Below the pieces are notes generated by a model. That model was given only the letters and a program-made list of their open reading frames with translations, was not told the origin of the DNA and searched no databases. The position numbers and the translations under genes were made by a program. This document shows positions 37,225-51,139 of a DNA stretch of 64,000 nt, in pieces (positions within the stretch are counted from its first letter, which is position 1; each line of letters opens with the position of its first letter). This DNA comes from Epiperipatus broadwayi (taxonomy: Eukaryota > Animalia > Onychophora), in assembly GCA_028023455.1 (NCBI GenBank), contig JAQFVV010000003.1:7006001-7070000 (forward strand), given 5' to 3'.

Positions 37225-40200
37225 CAATTTACTTCTAGCAGGAGTTGTATATGTATAAAACAAAAGTGTTTGTTTTATCTTTAACTCTGTAATACAATAG
37301 GTACTCTATAAATATTGGGAAAAATATGTATGTCATAATATTATGCCATAACTTTATAGGTAGATAAAACTTCCATTAAATAGCTTTCTCCACAATCTCC
37401 ATAAATAATGACTTATCAAAACTTAATAGTGAAAAGTTTGAATCATTTTTCCATTGTTGTTTGCTTTTAGCTAAGAATAGCCAAGTACTTAATTATGAAT
37501 CAATATTATATGGTTAGTTGGGTTGGTTGAGAATAATCTTAAGCCTGATTAAAACTTAAAATTTTACCTGGTTTATATTTAAATCCTAAGTAGATGTTTA
37601 TAATGAATCTTAAACGCTACTACTGCTACTGCTATAATAATTCTTGTTGCCTTAGATAATTTAGTAATGGTAGAATTGCGAACTCAATAGTTATATGTTA
37701 TTAAATCTATTCTCAGATGAGTAAGATAAAAAAAAACAGTTACATTTGATCAATTGATTGCAACTGTTTTGCTCAACGTGATATTTGCTTGGTTAAACAT
37801 CTATTAATCTGCCGACCAACAACAAGCAGACTGTATACAATTATCTATTTATAAATTTGATAAAGTTGGTATAAAAAAACTGATGGGAAATTACTAATGA
37901 TGATGATGATAAGGATTGTTTAATCTTAGTATTCTTGGCTAAAAGATTTTTTGGAGTCAATAAATTTGCATTCTTGCTGGTCACTTAACGTAGACTATTG
38001 GTGGAAAGAAGTTAACTTCGGTTGTTTAGCCAAATCAATTTTATATATATTTATTGTGCTTTAATTTTATTATTATTACTTTTCACAAGAGTTTTCATTT
38101 ATTTGTTTGAAAGTCAGGCAATTACTTTTATCGCTGTCTGTCCATTAAGTCTGCTAAGTTGAATAATAGGAAGATCTTCAACCCTGGTTTTAGATTAATA
38201 TTTCTTTTTTTTTTTGTGAAATGTGAAAAAGTTAACAAAATAAAATATAAAAAAAAAGAGAGAAATTCTTAATTTTTCAAAAAATAAATCAATAAATTGA
38301 ATCATGGAATATTGTTTCAGTTAATCATTTGAAAATAGAATTTATATATATGGCCTTCATAAAGTTTAGAATTAACTACATTAAAGTGGTGCAGCATTAG
38401 AGTAGCGGACTTTAAAGATTAATGTCTACGCTTCCAGATCTGCTACTTCGAGCACGTGAACTTCTTACGATTTCTCCAGAAATAAATCGAGTCGATTATT
38501 TATTTATTTTTGCTGATAATCACTATTTGTGATCATAATAGTTTGTTTCTAAGTGCTCTCTTAAATTGATGATCTTAGGATTTAAAGATTGGCTCTGAAT
38601 CAAAGTTTAATAGGTTTCTTCTAGTGCACAAATGATGCTTGACTGTTGTGATTGCATTTGATTTTACCTTGTGTGGTTTCAGTGTAGTGATAAAATGTTG
38701 AATAAAATAAAAGTTACTGGGTTGATACTCAATCTGTTGCTACCATAATTGAATAACTAATGAACTGAGTAACTAAATGTTCGGTTTGTAGTTTAATACA
38801 ATAGCTAAAGGCTCCGGGAAGCAAATCTCAATCTGTCAGTTTCAAAGCTAGAATGTCATATAACTTTACAAATGACTCCATTTAATTTTGTTCTGTTAAT
38901 TCAGTGCAATAGTAAAAAGATAAACTAGTTAAAAGTCCCTGGATCAAAACTCAACATAATCACTTCTGATAATCAAATTTCCAATGAATGAGCAAGATTC
39001 ATTCAATTTTCTCCATGAGATTTAATGCAGTAGTAGACTGATTTGAGATTAATTCTTAGTGGATCAAACCTCAATCTATCATTTCTGGTGGTTCAAAAGC
39101 CACTTGATGTACCATTTGATTATATATTACTTACAGAAAATGTAAATTATAAATTTTTATTCCTAATAATTTAAAAGACTGAATTATTTATTATTGAGTA
39201 ATGATTTTAATATATCTTCTGACATGAAATGTACATATATTGAATCTTGCATTATGACTTAACCTCTGGGAACAATCCATGAAGTGAAATCACATTGCTA
39301 TTTTTTTAGACTGCATGCATTAGTGCTGCAATTGATTTGATATTTAGTGCACGACTTATTTATAAAATCTATTTTATTATTAGTTGTCTTTAGAATATTC
39401 TGTTAAAAATTAACTGGACCAATTCCTCGTTTATCCATTTGTAATCACAAGGAATGATTCTTGTTTGAAGATAAAAATCAATCCAGGACTCAACATCAGT
39501 AGGTGAAGGCCTTATCTTATTACAATATCATTGATTTTTACAGTTTCTGCATCAACACTCTAAAAGTGCTTGCTAATAATAAATAGAGGCCCATTTCCTG
39601 ACCAATAATAGTTATGTATTTTGGTTGTCTATATACTTCTATTTGTAAGAAAAATTCCAAATTTTCTCATAAGCAGAAAAAAAAATAAAGTTTACTCAGC
39701 CCAGATTTGAAACTCAAAAGATGGGTATTGCATGGTAATTTAAATATCATTCTATAATTTTAAATGCTTTCCTTCATCATCTAATCCAAGAATTAGAAAT
39801 GTTTGTTATCATTCCAAAAGTCATTGTTAAAGTAATAATTCAAAGTTGTGAAAACATAATAATAACCTCAGGAATAAATTTTTTTAAAAATTATTGCTAT
39901 TTATCTGCTTCTCCAGAATTTCAAATAATTATCATAAAAGGATTTGTATTTTCAGTTAGTGCTTTGTTTAAGATCTGCAATTTAAGTTTGGGTAAGTATA
40001 TTGAATTGAACTTTTTTTTTCATCTGGAACATGGAAGATCTTTCATCATTTATACTTTCAATTTAGCATAGTCTATTAATATATTTTTTTAATTTACTAA
40101 ATCTTTTTAAACAATTTTTAAAAAAATTCGACAGGTTATTTAGACTTCTACTTTCAGCAGATATAACAATAATAAATCAATTTTACTACATTTATAAAAT

Positions 40201-41368
40201 AAATTTCTTTGTATTTTTCCCTTAATTTTTATGCTTCTTTCATAAATGTTTGTAAAATGGTTCAATTGCTATGTAAATTGGTGATATAAATAAGTATTAG
40301 GGATGGATATTAGATAACTTAAAGCATATCATAGGGCCACATACATCATTCACATTTTCGTAAAACACAGAAATATTCTATATCTAGAAGGTAACAGCCA
40401 ACAAACAAAAAAGACCATAAAACACATCACCTTTTCCAAATATGAAATTGTCATGATTTGATCAGCAGTACATTTCTATTTTTCAATCATCATCACATGA
40501 ATTAAGCTCAGATCAAACTTTTTGAACATTTTAGAAAATCAGATTTATCCCTTGGTGAAACATTATTTCTAGATGGCATTGACTCTTTTGAAACAATGTT
40601 ATTCCAGTGCATACAGTTTATGGCAAGAGATACTAAACATGTGACTAATGTTAAAATGTTATTGAATGTGTGTGAGAAATTTTTGAATAATAAGTAAAAA
40701 GATGATATCCTCCAATGTATATCCTTCCGAGACCTGACAGTTTTTCCCATGTTAAATTCCACATGATAAACAAACATTTTTAATGCTAATAGTGATTTTG
40801 TAATTTGTTATCACAGCTATCATAGATGGGTTATTGTGTTGAAATCATTATATTAGATCTTCATTCTCAAAATAGTGATTTGCATGGTGCTGCTAATATT
40901 TATATAAATTTTTAATCCTAATTTTAGTAATATATTATTGAATAAATTATAATTTTAAAAAATAAATATTTAATATTGAGTAAATTCTAAATATTAACCC
41001 CCCCCCCATGTTTTAATAATGTATTAAAATTTTAAAAGAAGCAATGGTAGAGGGATGAATAGTCTTTGCGCTCAATTTTTAATCTATGAATAATAATAAA
41101 AAAACAGTTCTGCCTTAAGTTATATTATATTTTTAAATCTTTGCAGTTTCACTCTTTTACATTTTAGTGTTGAAACATCTGTTAAATTTTTTTCAAAGAA
41201 TTGATGTTAATGTTATGGAAGTATTTTATTAGCTGACCAATCAATACATCTTACTGATGTATTAGAAATGGTTTTTTTTTTATGGTTTGCTTTTTTGAAA
41301 TTCAATTTTATAAATTACTATTAAGATATCGAAAATATATATTGTTTGATGTTTTACATATACATAAA

Positions 41369-41640
41369 TCATCATCATCATCATTTCTTATTTGCCACAA
41401 GAGCAGATCTTGCAACCCCATAACTTTATTTAGTCTTTCTATCCATTTCTGTACTCTTAAGACATTCATAAATACTTTTTTTTGATTATCTTTTTTTCCC
41501 TTTCTCCCTTTTATTCTCAAATTCTTTCACTATATCTTTTATAATTCCTCTATCTCTAAATATAACTCAATCCAATTTCTTTCCAGTTGTTTTTTATTTC
41601 ACTCTTTCACATTTCAACATTGAAAATCTAATTATTCAAA
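41369..41640 (-). mobile_element. 3' end of an RTE-like LINE
   Basis: Minus-strand ...RIKGRKGK...FMNVL... (EGR.GRGRPR-type C-terminus) ending in a (GAT)n tail. Confidence 0.5.
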
Positions 41641-44352
41641 CTTATCATTAAAATAATCAATTGATTGGTTACTCAGAAGAACATGTGACATTTAAACATC
41701 AGAAGTGACAAATTCACTTTTCAACTAGAAATCTTTAACTCTTGAATTCATCATTCTACAGTTAAACTCAACTGCATAGATGGAATAATAGACTCAAAAA
41801 ACAAAAAGTTTTTGAACCTCATCACTTTCACTGCCTGAATATTGCATGACCTCCTGAATATCTAGCGATTCAATTATAATTATTTACTACTCTACTCTGG
41901 CTAAAAAAATATACATTCTTTTTGTAACTAGATTGCAGTACTTGTTTTTAATAATAATGAAATATTTTTTTTATAATTCTCTTTATATATGTATTTATTG
42001 AGAGGAAGTAAGTAAATAAATTATTTACGATGATAAAAAGTAAGAAATGAGATTAAAAAGACATTTATTTCTACTCATAATTTCATTGTCAATAAATTTT
42101 ACTATCGCATTGTTTTAGCAATCTCAAGTCTCACGTCTGTTATCTCAATTATATATTCGTCTCTGCAACATTTTTTAAATAATTTCTGTACTCAAATTAC
42201 AAATAGCTTAGAGTGACAATCATTTCTTAACATATAGTGAATGCTATAACTACTGATACATGTCATAAGAGCATGTACATCATATCTATTATCCACACTA
42301 TCAAGTTGTACAGCTCTGACACCTTTTAATATATGAAAAACTTATTAACCCTCTTATTGCAACCTTCACTTGACTTACCCTTATTTTAAATTCTTTGAGT
42401 GAAGGAAAGTTGAAATAAGTAGATAATGCTTGACTTGCTGCATATGATATTATAGAATCGGCTATTGTAAAAAAAAAATCACACCTTCATTGAATTGTAC
42501 ATATGAAATGAAGATCTTCTAAAAATGATATTTTAGAGTGAAGTGGAGCATTGGGGGAGGAGTGGAGAGGCAGACACCATTTATATTGCAAAGATTATTT
42601 CAAAAGCATTCTAAAGACGTGCATATCGATTGCTTTTATTGAAATAATGACGACTACAATGCATTGAATATGGTATTCAAGCATTTTAGAATGAAAATTT
42701 TATTTGCAAAAGAAATTAAGACAGAATACCAAAATATCAAATAAATAGAATAATGAACCATTATATTACAATTGGCTTATTTGTGGTTCATAGATTGGTT
42801 TGTATAATCATTAAAAAAACCCACCTCTATTATATTAGTGTATTATTACCACTACTACTACTACTACTACTTTTTTTTCCTGGGGTTGGAATGATCACAT
42901 TCATTTGCAAGTGGCTGATGCTGCTAGTAATGAATACCAAACAATAACCCTAGATTCTTATCAGTAGTGCTTAACCATTATTTGCTGCCATCATGGTGGA
43001 GTATTTTTTAAGAAACTTAATATTTAGAAATCCATCTTAAAATTGAATGAATTACATTATCAGTATACATTTGTAGTAAGACTTTATATGTATGTATAGA
43101 AAATGTATATAAATATTGTACATGTACAGATTGCTCACACACCTTATTATGGTTGCATATGCAGCAAACATTAGATTAATTATCATGACAGTATTTGCAC
43201 ATAATAATTACTCATTGGACATACGTGCACACACTCATTCATCACTTTATATGTGCGTAATCATTTATAAATTTCCTATAAACTTATTCATGTGCATTCA
43301 CATACTCATGGATTTGTAACAGCATTTCACATAAACTCAGTAACTAGCTTTTTGCTGTAAATTCATAATCGCTCTCCACGAAGCACAAACATGATCATTC
43401 ATTTGTTACAGGATAACAGTCTCACTATAAAATATCTAACAAATATCTGGGAATTTCTATTTAAAGATAAAAATCAATAAATGACAATGAAATAACCTGT
43501 AGTAAAAAAGAGGGTTAAAATGTATAAGTAATGAAAAACTATTGATTTTAGTGTATGATTCATCAGATTACAATTGTATTTTATTTTATAGTCAGAGCAT
43601 TAACACTCATTTGCTCAATCCAGATTATCCAAGATTTCTACCCTCCAGCTAAGAATAGTTAGATATCCACTTCCCACCAATACAGGATGGATAAATAAAT
43701 CATCTATGGAATGACTACCTTTTAAAAAAATATGTTTTTTGTGAAATTCTCAGCTAACTAAAACAATTCCCAAGCTGCATATAGATATGAATCACATTTT
43801 ATGCCAATGCAATTAAATATATTAATTTATATCTGATTACTATCACTAATGACTATCTTTTAAAATACATTAGTATTATATTGACTACTTTAAGCAGTAA
43901 GAATTTATTATTTTATAGTATTTGAAAGCAACCCATCTTAACATGGAGGGGTTCTATTTGATTCAAGTCAGCATTATTTTCAATCCATTCAAATGTGGCA
44001 TTTAGTTTTTTTTTCTTAAATTATTTGCTTTGCTATAGGAGTGTAACTCAACAGACATAAGCCAATTAATATTCCTGAACTACAGCATTGGTAGCATTAA
44101 ATGTTTATGAATATTAAAATAGGCTTTATGAGTGCCCTAGTGGATTGTGTCTCTTAACACAAGTCAGATATATATTGGGTATCTTAGAGGAAAAGAGTTA
44201 ACCCTTTGTTACTGGATTATTGAACTTACAAAATATTTATTTATAAACAAGACATTTATTTTATATAGCACAAGGTTTTTATAAACTGTAATACCAATAA
44301 GCCAATAAGCTAATGCACATGTGCTTTGTAGATGTCACTATATAAATGAATA

Positions 44353-44466
44353 CTCCCACTTTTTCAAACACAAGATAAAGTCTTTGGGAAAAGATAGAAT
44401 GAATCCATCTATCCTTTCGACCCAACCGTATATGTATGGGCAAATCTAAAGTGTTTGAAAATGAGA
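44353..44466. mobile_element. Small MITE, probably Tc1/mariner-derived
   Basis: TA|CTCCCACTTTTTCAAACAC ... GTGTTTGAAAATGAGAG|TA: imperfect TIRs flanked by TA, with internal hairpins. Confidence 0.5.
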
Positions 44467-47400
44467 GTATGAAGTTGTTAATTGATCACTTTAAATTATT
44501 TATTTATGTAAAAGGATTATAGAAAATTTTATAATGCAACATTAAATGTAAAAAAAAACTACTAGAGTAACTCTTGTTAAGAAAATGATAAGTTGTAGCA
44601 AATATCTATTAATAATGATTAAGTCATACTATTTGGGTTAAAAACGATTTTGCTAAAAAAAAAAAAAATCTGAATTCATGCAACTAACTAATGAACAAAA
44701 ATATTTAATTTTAAAATCTTAATTGTTAAAAAAGATTATAATGTTATTAATAGATTAACACATCTAGAAATAATGTAAATAAATCTGGAGAAATGATAGC
44801 AAAACAGAAAATTTTCATTACTGAATCTCTACACTCCATTAAAAAAAAAAAACTAGCCAATCATCCTGCAGCATATATACTTTGAAAATAACTGTTCATC
44901 ATCTGCTATCTTGAAATATTATCACACTTAATCCAATATCCATTCATCTTGTATTAATAATATCAAACAGACAGACTTAATGTTAATGAAATAAGTTAAT
45001 ACAACTCTAACTTGACTAATTTTCAAATGTATTGAAAGAAACTGATTTATAGAAAGACTACAGTGTCAGATATTCATGTTTTAATATTAAATTAGTCTGT
45101 TTACTAGTATTAATATAAGATAAGTAGTTGCTACATTAATATGGCTTGCTGATAATATTTCAAAGTAGCTGGCAAAGTTCTTTTTCTCAGTGATGAAATG
45201 TTTATTCATCAAAAAAAAAAAAAAAACATATACAGTGAAACAAATGAAATTTCAGGAGCAAAATGGTAAGAGGGGAAGGATACATGTAAAAGGGGAATGG
45301 GAAGTGGAGAGGGGAAATGGTGTGTAGTTCATGCTATAGACTGATTGTTCCATTTTTAATGATATGTGGTTATTACTAAATGAATGTTTCATGTAGTGTG
45401 ATTTAAACCAATTATAAAGCTAAAAATACTATTGAAGAAATGGATAGAAGTTTAAATAAAATTTAACATTTTCTAGACATTTAATGACAGATGATGAAAA
45501 TAATCCAAAATATTATCACATATAATGATATTATGACTAAATAAATATAGTACATGTAAAGGATTTATCTTAGATAATTTTGTTGTGTTTGTTACTTGTC
45601 ATTCATAATTAAATTACTTCTCTCTCTCCAAGGTAATAATTTTCAACGAAAAAGTCACTAATAATAGTTTACAATGGGTAATTTGAATATAATAATGACG
45701 AAAATACTGATTTTCAATTTAAATCAACATGTTCATGAATATAGAAAGATTTTCTTTACTTGAATATTGTGTGATATCATGTAAAATTATGTGGTAGTAT
45801 AGGATTTAAATATAAATAATAATTTCTTCTGGTATGAAGGGTAAATCTAAGAAAAAAAATACTAATTTCTTCATAATAATTAAATAATAAATTATAGTTA
45901 CTTTACTTAAAAAATATTGAAATAAAAATTGTTTTCTGGTTATCAGAAATTAAATTATTATACAAAATACATTTTATTGCTATTTAGAACCCAGACATTA
46001 TGGTGCCTAAGTCAGATACCTCATAAATTTGCCATTAGTTATGACAAGGATGGCGCAAGTTTTCTTCATTCCCTCATTTTATTTTGGTGAATGTTATGGA
46101 GTCCCTCCTTATACAGTATGTTGAAAACTTATATCATAATGCATTCTCATCCACTTAGTGAATATTTGAATGTCGGCATGTCTGCACAGTATATAAAAGT
46201 ATATAAGGTATACTTCAGTCAATCTCGAATGCAATGTTTAATGAGTGATTTCTTGCGGGTCTTCTTTGTATTGCTTTTCTTTGTCATTTTTTGAAATTTT
46301 AAATTATATATTCTATTGCTTCTAAGTTCATTATTGGACTATTTATTTACAATTATAACTTATAGCAGAATTACAAGAATTACATACAACATATAAATAA
46401 TTATTGCTAATATGAAAAGTATTATTTATGAAAATGGATTTCAAGGATGCGGAATTAAAAAAAAAAAAAATTGGGAACTACTAAATAAGGGAGTTAATCT
46501 TGGATTTTGCTAAATGAATATGCATTGATTATAAAAACCAAAATAATAGGTACTGTGTCATTGATCATGGAAGTATCGTACATATTTAACATACTATACA
46601 TTATATATATATATATGTATCGCGCACACACACATATAACAAATTCAAATTTTATTTAAATACTAATGACTATTAGAATTCTGACTTAGCAATGGTTTAA
46701 ATTTTTTAACAAATCTATATACGGCATAATTCATTCGATTATTCAAATTCATAAATGGATTTTGAAATGAGTAAAAAATTTGAGTTAAAAAATATTTTTT
46801 GAGAAAAAAAAAGATTCGGAAGATGAGAGACTTGAGAAAAATTTTATTTCCATTTACAATTGTAAAAATCTATTTAAATTCTATAGAAACAAAAACCATT
46901 CCCCAAAATATCGATTACTTTTCGTCATCAGTACAATTTTAGCTTATAGCAATGACAAAACAAAAAAAAAAAAAAGAAGCATTCATTAAATTTAGAAACG
47001 ATGACACTTTTGTTTTTTAAAAGTTCGCAGCTACAAAAAAAAAAAAACAAGGTGATACCGTCTACTTGATCATGCAATATAATGAACAAAAAAAACATAA
47101 CGTAATAACAATTAATCAGCGTCTCTTAAATTGAATGTACCGTGTTAATACAGAGACATCTATGATTTGAAGATCTAACTTTAGACTAATTATTAATAAT
47201 AAAACTTTTTTTATTAATGTAAAGTGATAAGTATAACATGAAAGCATTTTTACATACTTTATATAACATAACCAGAATATTAACTATGTGTAAAATAAAA
47301 TATTAAAAAAAAAAAAAAACACTTTAAACGTTCGTTTGCGAAATTATCTTAATGATGAGATTGGAAAACATCATATATATATTTCTTATAAATCTTGATC

Positions 47401-48296
47401 ATAATCTGACATGAATGGAATGTGGAAACTTTTTGGGATAATAGATTTCTAATTTTAAGACTTCCTTTTTTTTTTCTTTTCAGTTAGAGGACCCACAGAT
47501 AACCCAATAAGAATCCAGTTATTCTTAACTAAGGGATGCTGTGAAAATCATTGCTACCAATAAAAAATATTACAATAGATTAGTGTATATAAATGCCTCA
47601 TCATTATAAAAGATTATGTGCAATAATAAAATTAGATTTTATGTACTACAAAAAAATCAACGATGCTTACAATAAAAAAATAATCGAGTAATTCGTTGCT
47701 TGATAAGTTGTGTAACAATCTTAGTCAGAATTGAGAGATGAGTTTTGATTCAGGAATTTTTTTAACTTTCATGCATACATGAATGGAGTTAATTAGTTAA
47801 AATCTGAAACTTAAAATATGTAAAGAAGAAATTTATTTACAAATAGGTGTTCTAATAAAAGTTGTCACTATCAGAACCAAAAGTTGGCTTGTCAAAGACA
47901 CAACTAAATATGCCATTTGCAGAAGTGTCTTTTATAAAAAGACTTTTAGAACTTGCTGACATTATTTATTAAAGCACTTACTAGTCTTTTCAAAATCTGT
48001 AAGTCTGAAATAGTAATGAAGAGATGAGAGAGATTAAGAGCGAAAAAAAAAATCCCAAGCAAGTTCACACTTTGTTTCAGAAAGTTTTTTCATTATCAAC
48101 ATAACATTCTCCAATCACCATCATCTTCATCATTTGAAAGCATTACTATCAACTAAATGGTAAAAATCTTTTTTGAGTTTATTTATAATTTCTCATTTTC
48201 ATATCATTCCAGAAACTTCTTGATTACATCCATTTGTCTGATATAAAATTTCTTTTGTTTTCTTAAAACAAGCTTCAATATCAATCAAAGTAACAA

Positions 48297-48496
48297 ACTC
48301 TGCATGCAATAGTGCCACCAAGTGCAAGCCTTCATAATTAATGGATGTAGGAATGTTTGTTCATAAGATCCCTATCTAGTTCCTACTCATTCAACATCCC
48401 CAGGCTAGTTTCTACCTTCTGGCTTTTATAGTTTGCTACTGTTATTAACAGCATGTGTAAGCATATGAAATGATGATCAGTAATGTTTTGATGGCT
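48297..48496. mobile_element. Decayed family C element with inversion
   Basis: Minus-strand AAAGCC-AGAA-GGTA GAAACTAGCC TGGGGATG...; plus-strand tail ...AGCATATGAAATGATGATC.... Confidence 0.65.
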
Positions 48497-49364
48497 CCAA
48501 TATCAAGTGATAAATTGTAAAAGAAAACAAATAAATATGCAGATAATTATTTGGAAGTCAAGTAAAATTCAATATCAAAATGGAATAATAGGACCCAGTG
48601 ATTCTTGTAGCTGCTCAGGGTTCGACAATAGCAGCATTTTTGTAGATATAGGATTTTCTACTTCTAAAAGTAATGATACAAAAACAACTGAAGAACCACC
48701 AACTAATCTGAATTTTTTTTCCATCTTCAACAATTAAAATGTGATATATATTTTTTACTTTCCTAATCAATTATTAGCATAGTCTTAGATAGTTAATAAC
48801 TTACATTCACCAAAGGCATTTTTGTCTTTGAAGAATTTGTGAACTGAGTACACAACAAAGCATCATATGACTGTCCAGTTATATTCACCATCTATATTAC
48901 AAACAATAATCCACCTTACCATTCTATTCCAAAGCCATCTATTATAATACAGAATAAATCATGGATATATGATAGAAGTATCATTCAATCCTACACTGAT
49001 TTCTAGCTTAAATTGTTTTTCATCAGTGAAAAGCGGTGGATTTTCACACACAAACATTTCAACAACCATATTCATTTTTTTGGTTCATCCAACAACAAGT
49101 AAATAATAATATATGGCAAACAGCCTTTAAATAACTTATTAAAGGACAAATATTTCTAGTTCAGAAACTATATATTTTAATGGTCCTAATAATATGCCAA
49201 CTGTAAGCATCTTTAAATCTATGGCAAAGGATAGTATAATATTATAAAACATCATATAATTCCCAGTTTGCTTTAACATCTGCATTAATAGTAGATATTA
49301 AAGCTGGAAACACCTTCAAGTTTTTAAATCTTATGTCATTAGTTTTTTTAATATATATATATAT

Positions 49365-51139
49365 TGAACCGAATTCAAATATGTGTATTCGAAACACGGC
49401 CTCTTAGGCAGAGAAGAACATACTCGGAGAGTATGTATGCCCAAACGATAGCTATAAAGTATATAACTAACGTTACATTTCCAGGACATAACTTCTTCTC
49501 GACTGTTGAGTTCAACACCAAGTTCAAAGCACTTTTTTGTTTGTGTATAAACACGGGCGCCAGCTGCTTATTCTAAAAGAATAGACAACGCACTTTGAAT
49601 AGTGGCAACTAACCCAATGCCTAAATCCACGACTAGCTCAGTTGTTTGTAATCACTAATAGATTATACTTAATTAGTGGTTAAAAGACTTGATAAAGAAT
49701 TTGTTAAAAAGAATTTATAAAAGGAATTGTAAAAGAATTGATAAAAAGGAATTGATAAAAAGAATTGACCGACAAATAAAGTTTAATTTTAAAGATAATT
49801 TATTAACTAACATTTATTTCTAAATTTAAACATTTTATAATTCTAATAAACACACGCATATTTTAAATTGACATTTCTAAACTAGTTTAAATATTCTTGT
49901 TTACTTTCATAACAAAACACTGGTAATTATCTAATTTAACTAATAATATTGATATAAGGATCACGCACATATTAACTCATGCACACACATAATAATATTA
50001 AAGTATTACATAGCATTTGAAATTTAATCACACACATCAATAGTTCATTTACGTATGATATCGAGTTCATATAATTAGACTCTTGGAGGATTCGCACGAA
50101 TTAATGAAATGCAATGGCTATTACAGTATAAACGAAAATAAGCAAATGTTTTACCTAGGATTTTGAACGTAGATTTAACACTTGGTTTTCTTCCAGTATG
50201 AATGGTTCCAGTATGAATGCTTCCAGCCGGCTGGGACGTTTCCTTACTGAGTTTCCTGATTTTCACGATTATTACTATCGGAGACAATTAGATACTGGCG
50301 GAGATTTTCTAAGATGTTAAGCTGACATTATTTCACGGGCAGATCTGCTGTTTTCTTGGACATCTGGGCTGGAGACAAACGTGCGTTCCAAAATATTCTC
50401 AGCACCGCATTTTGTTTCTTAACTGACTCAATCAATTTCCGAACTGCACTCTCTCAATAACCTTGTGAACTGATTGTCTCAACTCAATTAATTTGTGGAA
50501 TGAATCACTGTTCGATAAAAAAGTCTATTTATACCTGCGCCTTGTTGTCTTTCTCATATCTCCGGCAAAGATCTGTTGTCGAATTCCTTATCAATTAATC
50601 CTTTGATAAACGTGTTTTGGAAGATTGCTTAATTAGTAATAGCCATGCAAAAACGTATTGTTTTATATTAATTAATATCTAATAGCCATTGCCGTGTTTT
50701 TCAATGATAATCTTCCCTAACTTTCACATACATTTTATATATTTACAAATGTACATATATACGCACATATATTTTTAATACAATTTACTATTTAGTTTTA
50801 ACATTATTTTTTTCTTTAATTAAAATTGAATGAAAAGAGATTTGCATGTCTTAACTTTCTCAAATTATATTTTTACGAATACTAACAAAAACTCTTTACT
50901 TCCTTTTACAACTCTTAGTTTCATCTCTCAAATCAAGTCCCCCTCCCCCCTTTTGACCAATTAATTGTAGCTTTTTTATTTCAAAAACTAACGCTAGAAA
51001 ACTATTTAATTCTTATCCTTTTCGAAAACAAGCTGCAATAAATTCTTCAACATTTAATTTTATGTTTTTCTTTTATGAAAGATTACTTTAATAATAATTT
51101 TAGATAAAAATTATATGTGCCTATATCAATATAGGTACA
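49365..51139 (-). mobile_element. Solo-LTR-like element (1775 bp) with ATAT TSD
   Basis: TGAACC...GGTACA termini with ATAT on both sides within (TA)n. Minus-strand TATAAATA at 50526-50533 with TCATTC about 32 nt downstream. CpG-rich; no long ORF. Confidence 0.7.
49554..49562 (-). promoter_or_regulatory. tRNA-Lys PBS-like motif TGGCGCCCG
   Basis: 8 WC pairs plus one G-U with the tRNA-Lys(CUU) 3' end, preceded on the minus strand by CA-GC. A second match, to tRNA nt 4-16, lies at 49630-49642. Confidence 0.55.

Noticed and set aside
40330-40790. 89 aa minus-strand ORF and neighbouring frames
   Set aside because: No recognisable motif; could be an unknown exon or TE debris.
46925-46931. CTGATGA-C-GAAA on the minus strand
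   Set aside because: No room for helix II and no helix I.
45620-47560. Candidate host exons (acceptors near 45630, 45985 and 47482; peptides VIIFNEKVTNNSLQW, FFIPSFYFGECYGVPPYT, RGPTDNPIRIQLFLTKGCCENHCYQ)
   Set aside because: Splice phases do not join into a coherent ORF and I recognise no protein family. RNA-seq or a protein search would be needed.
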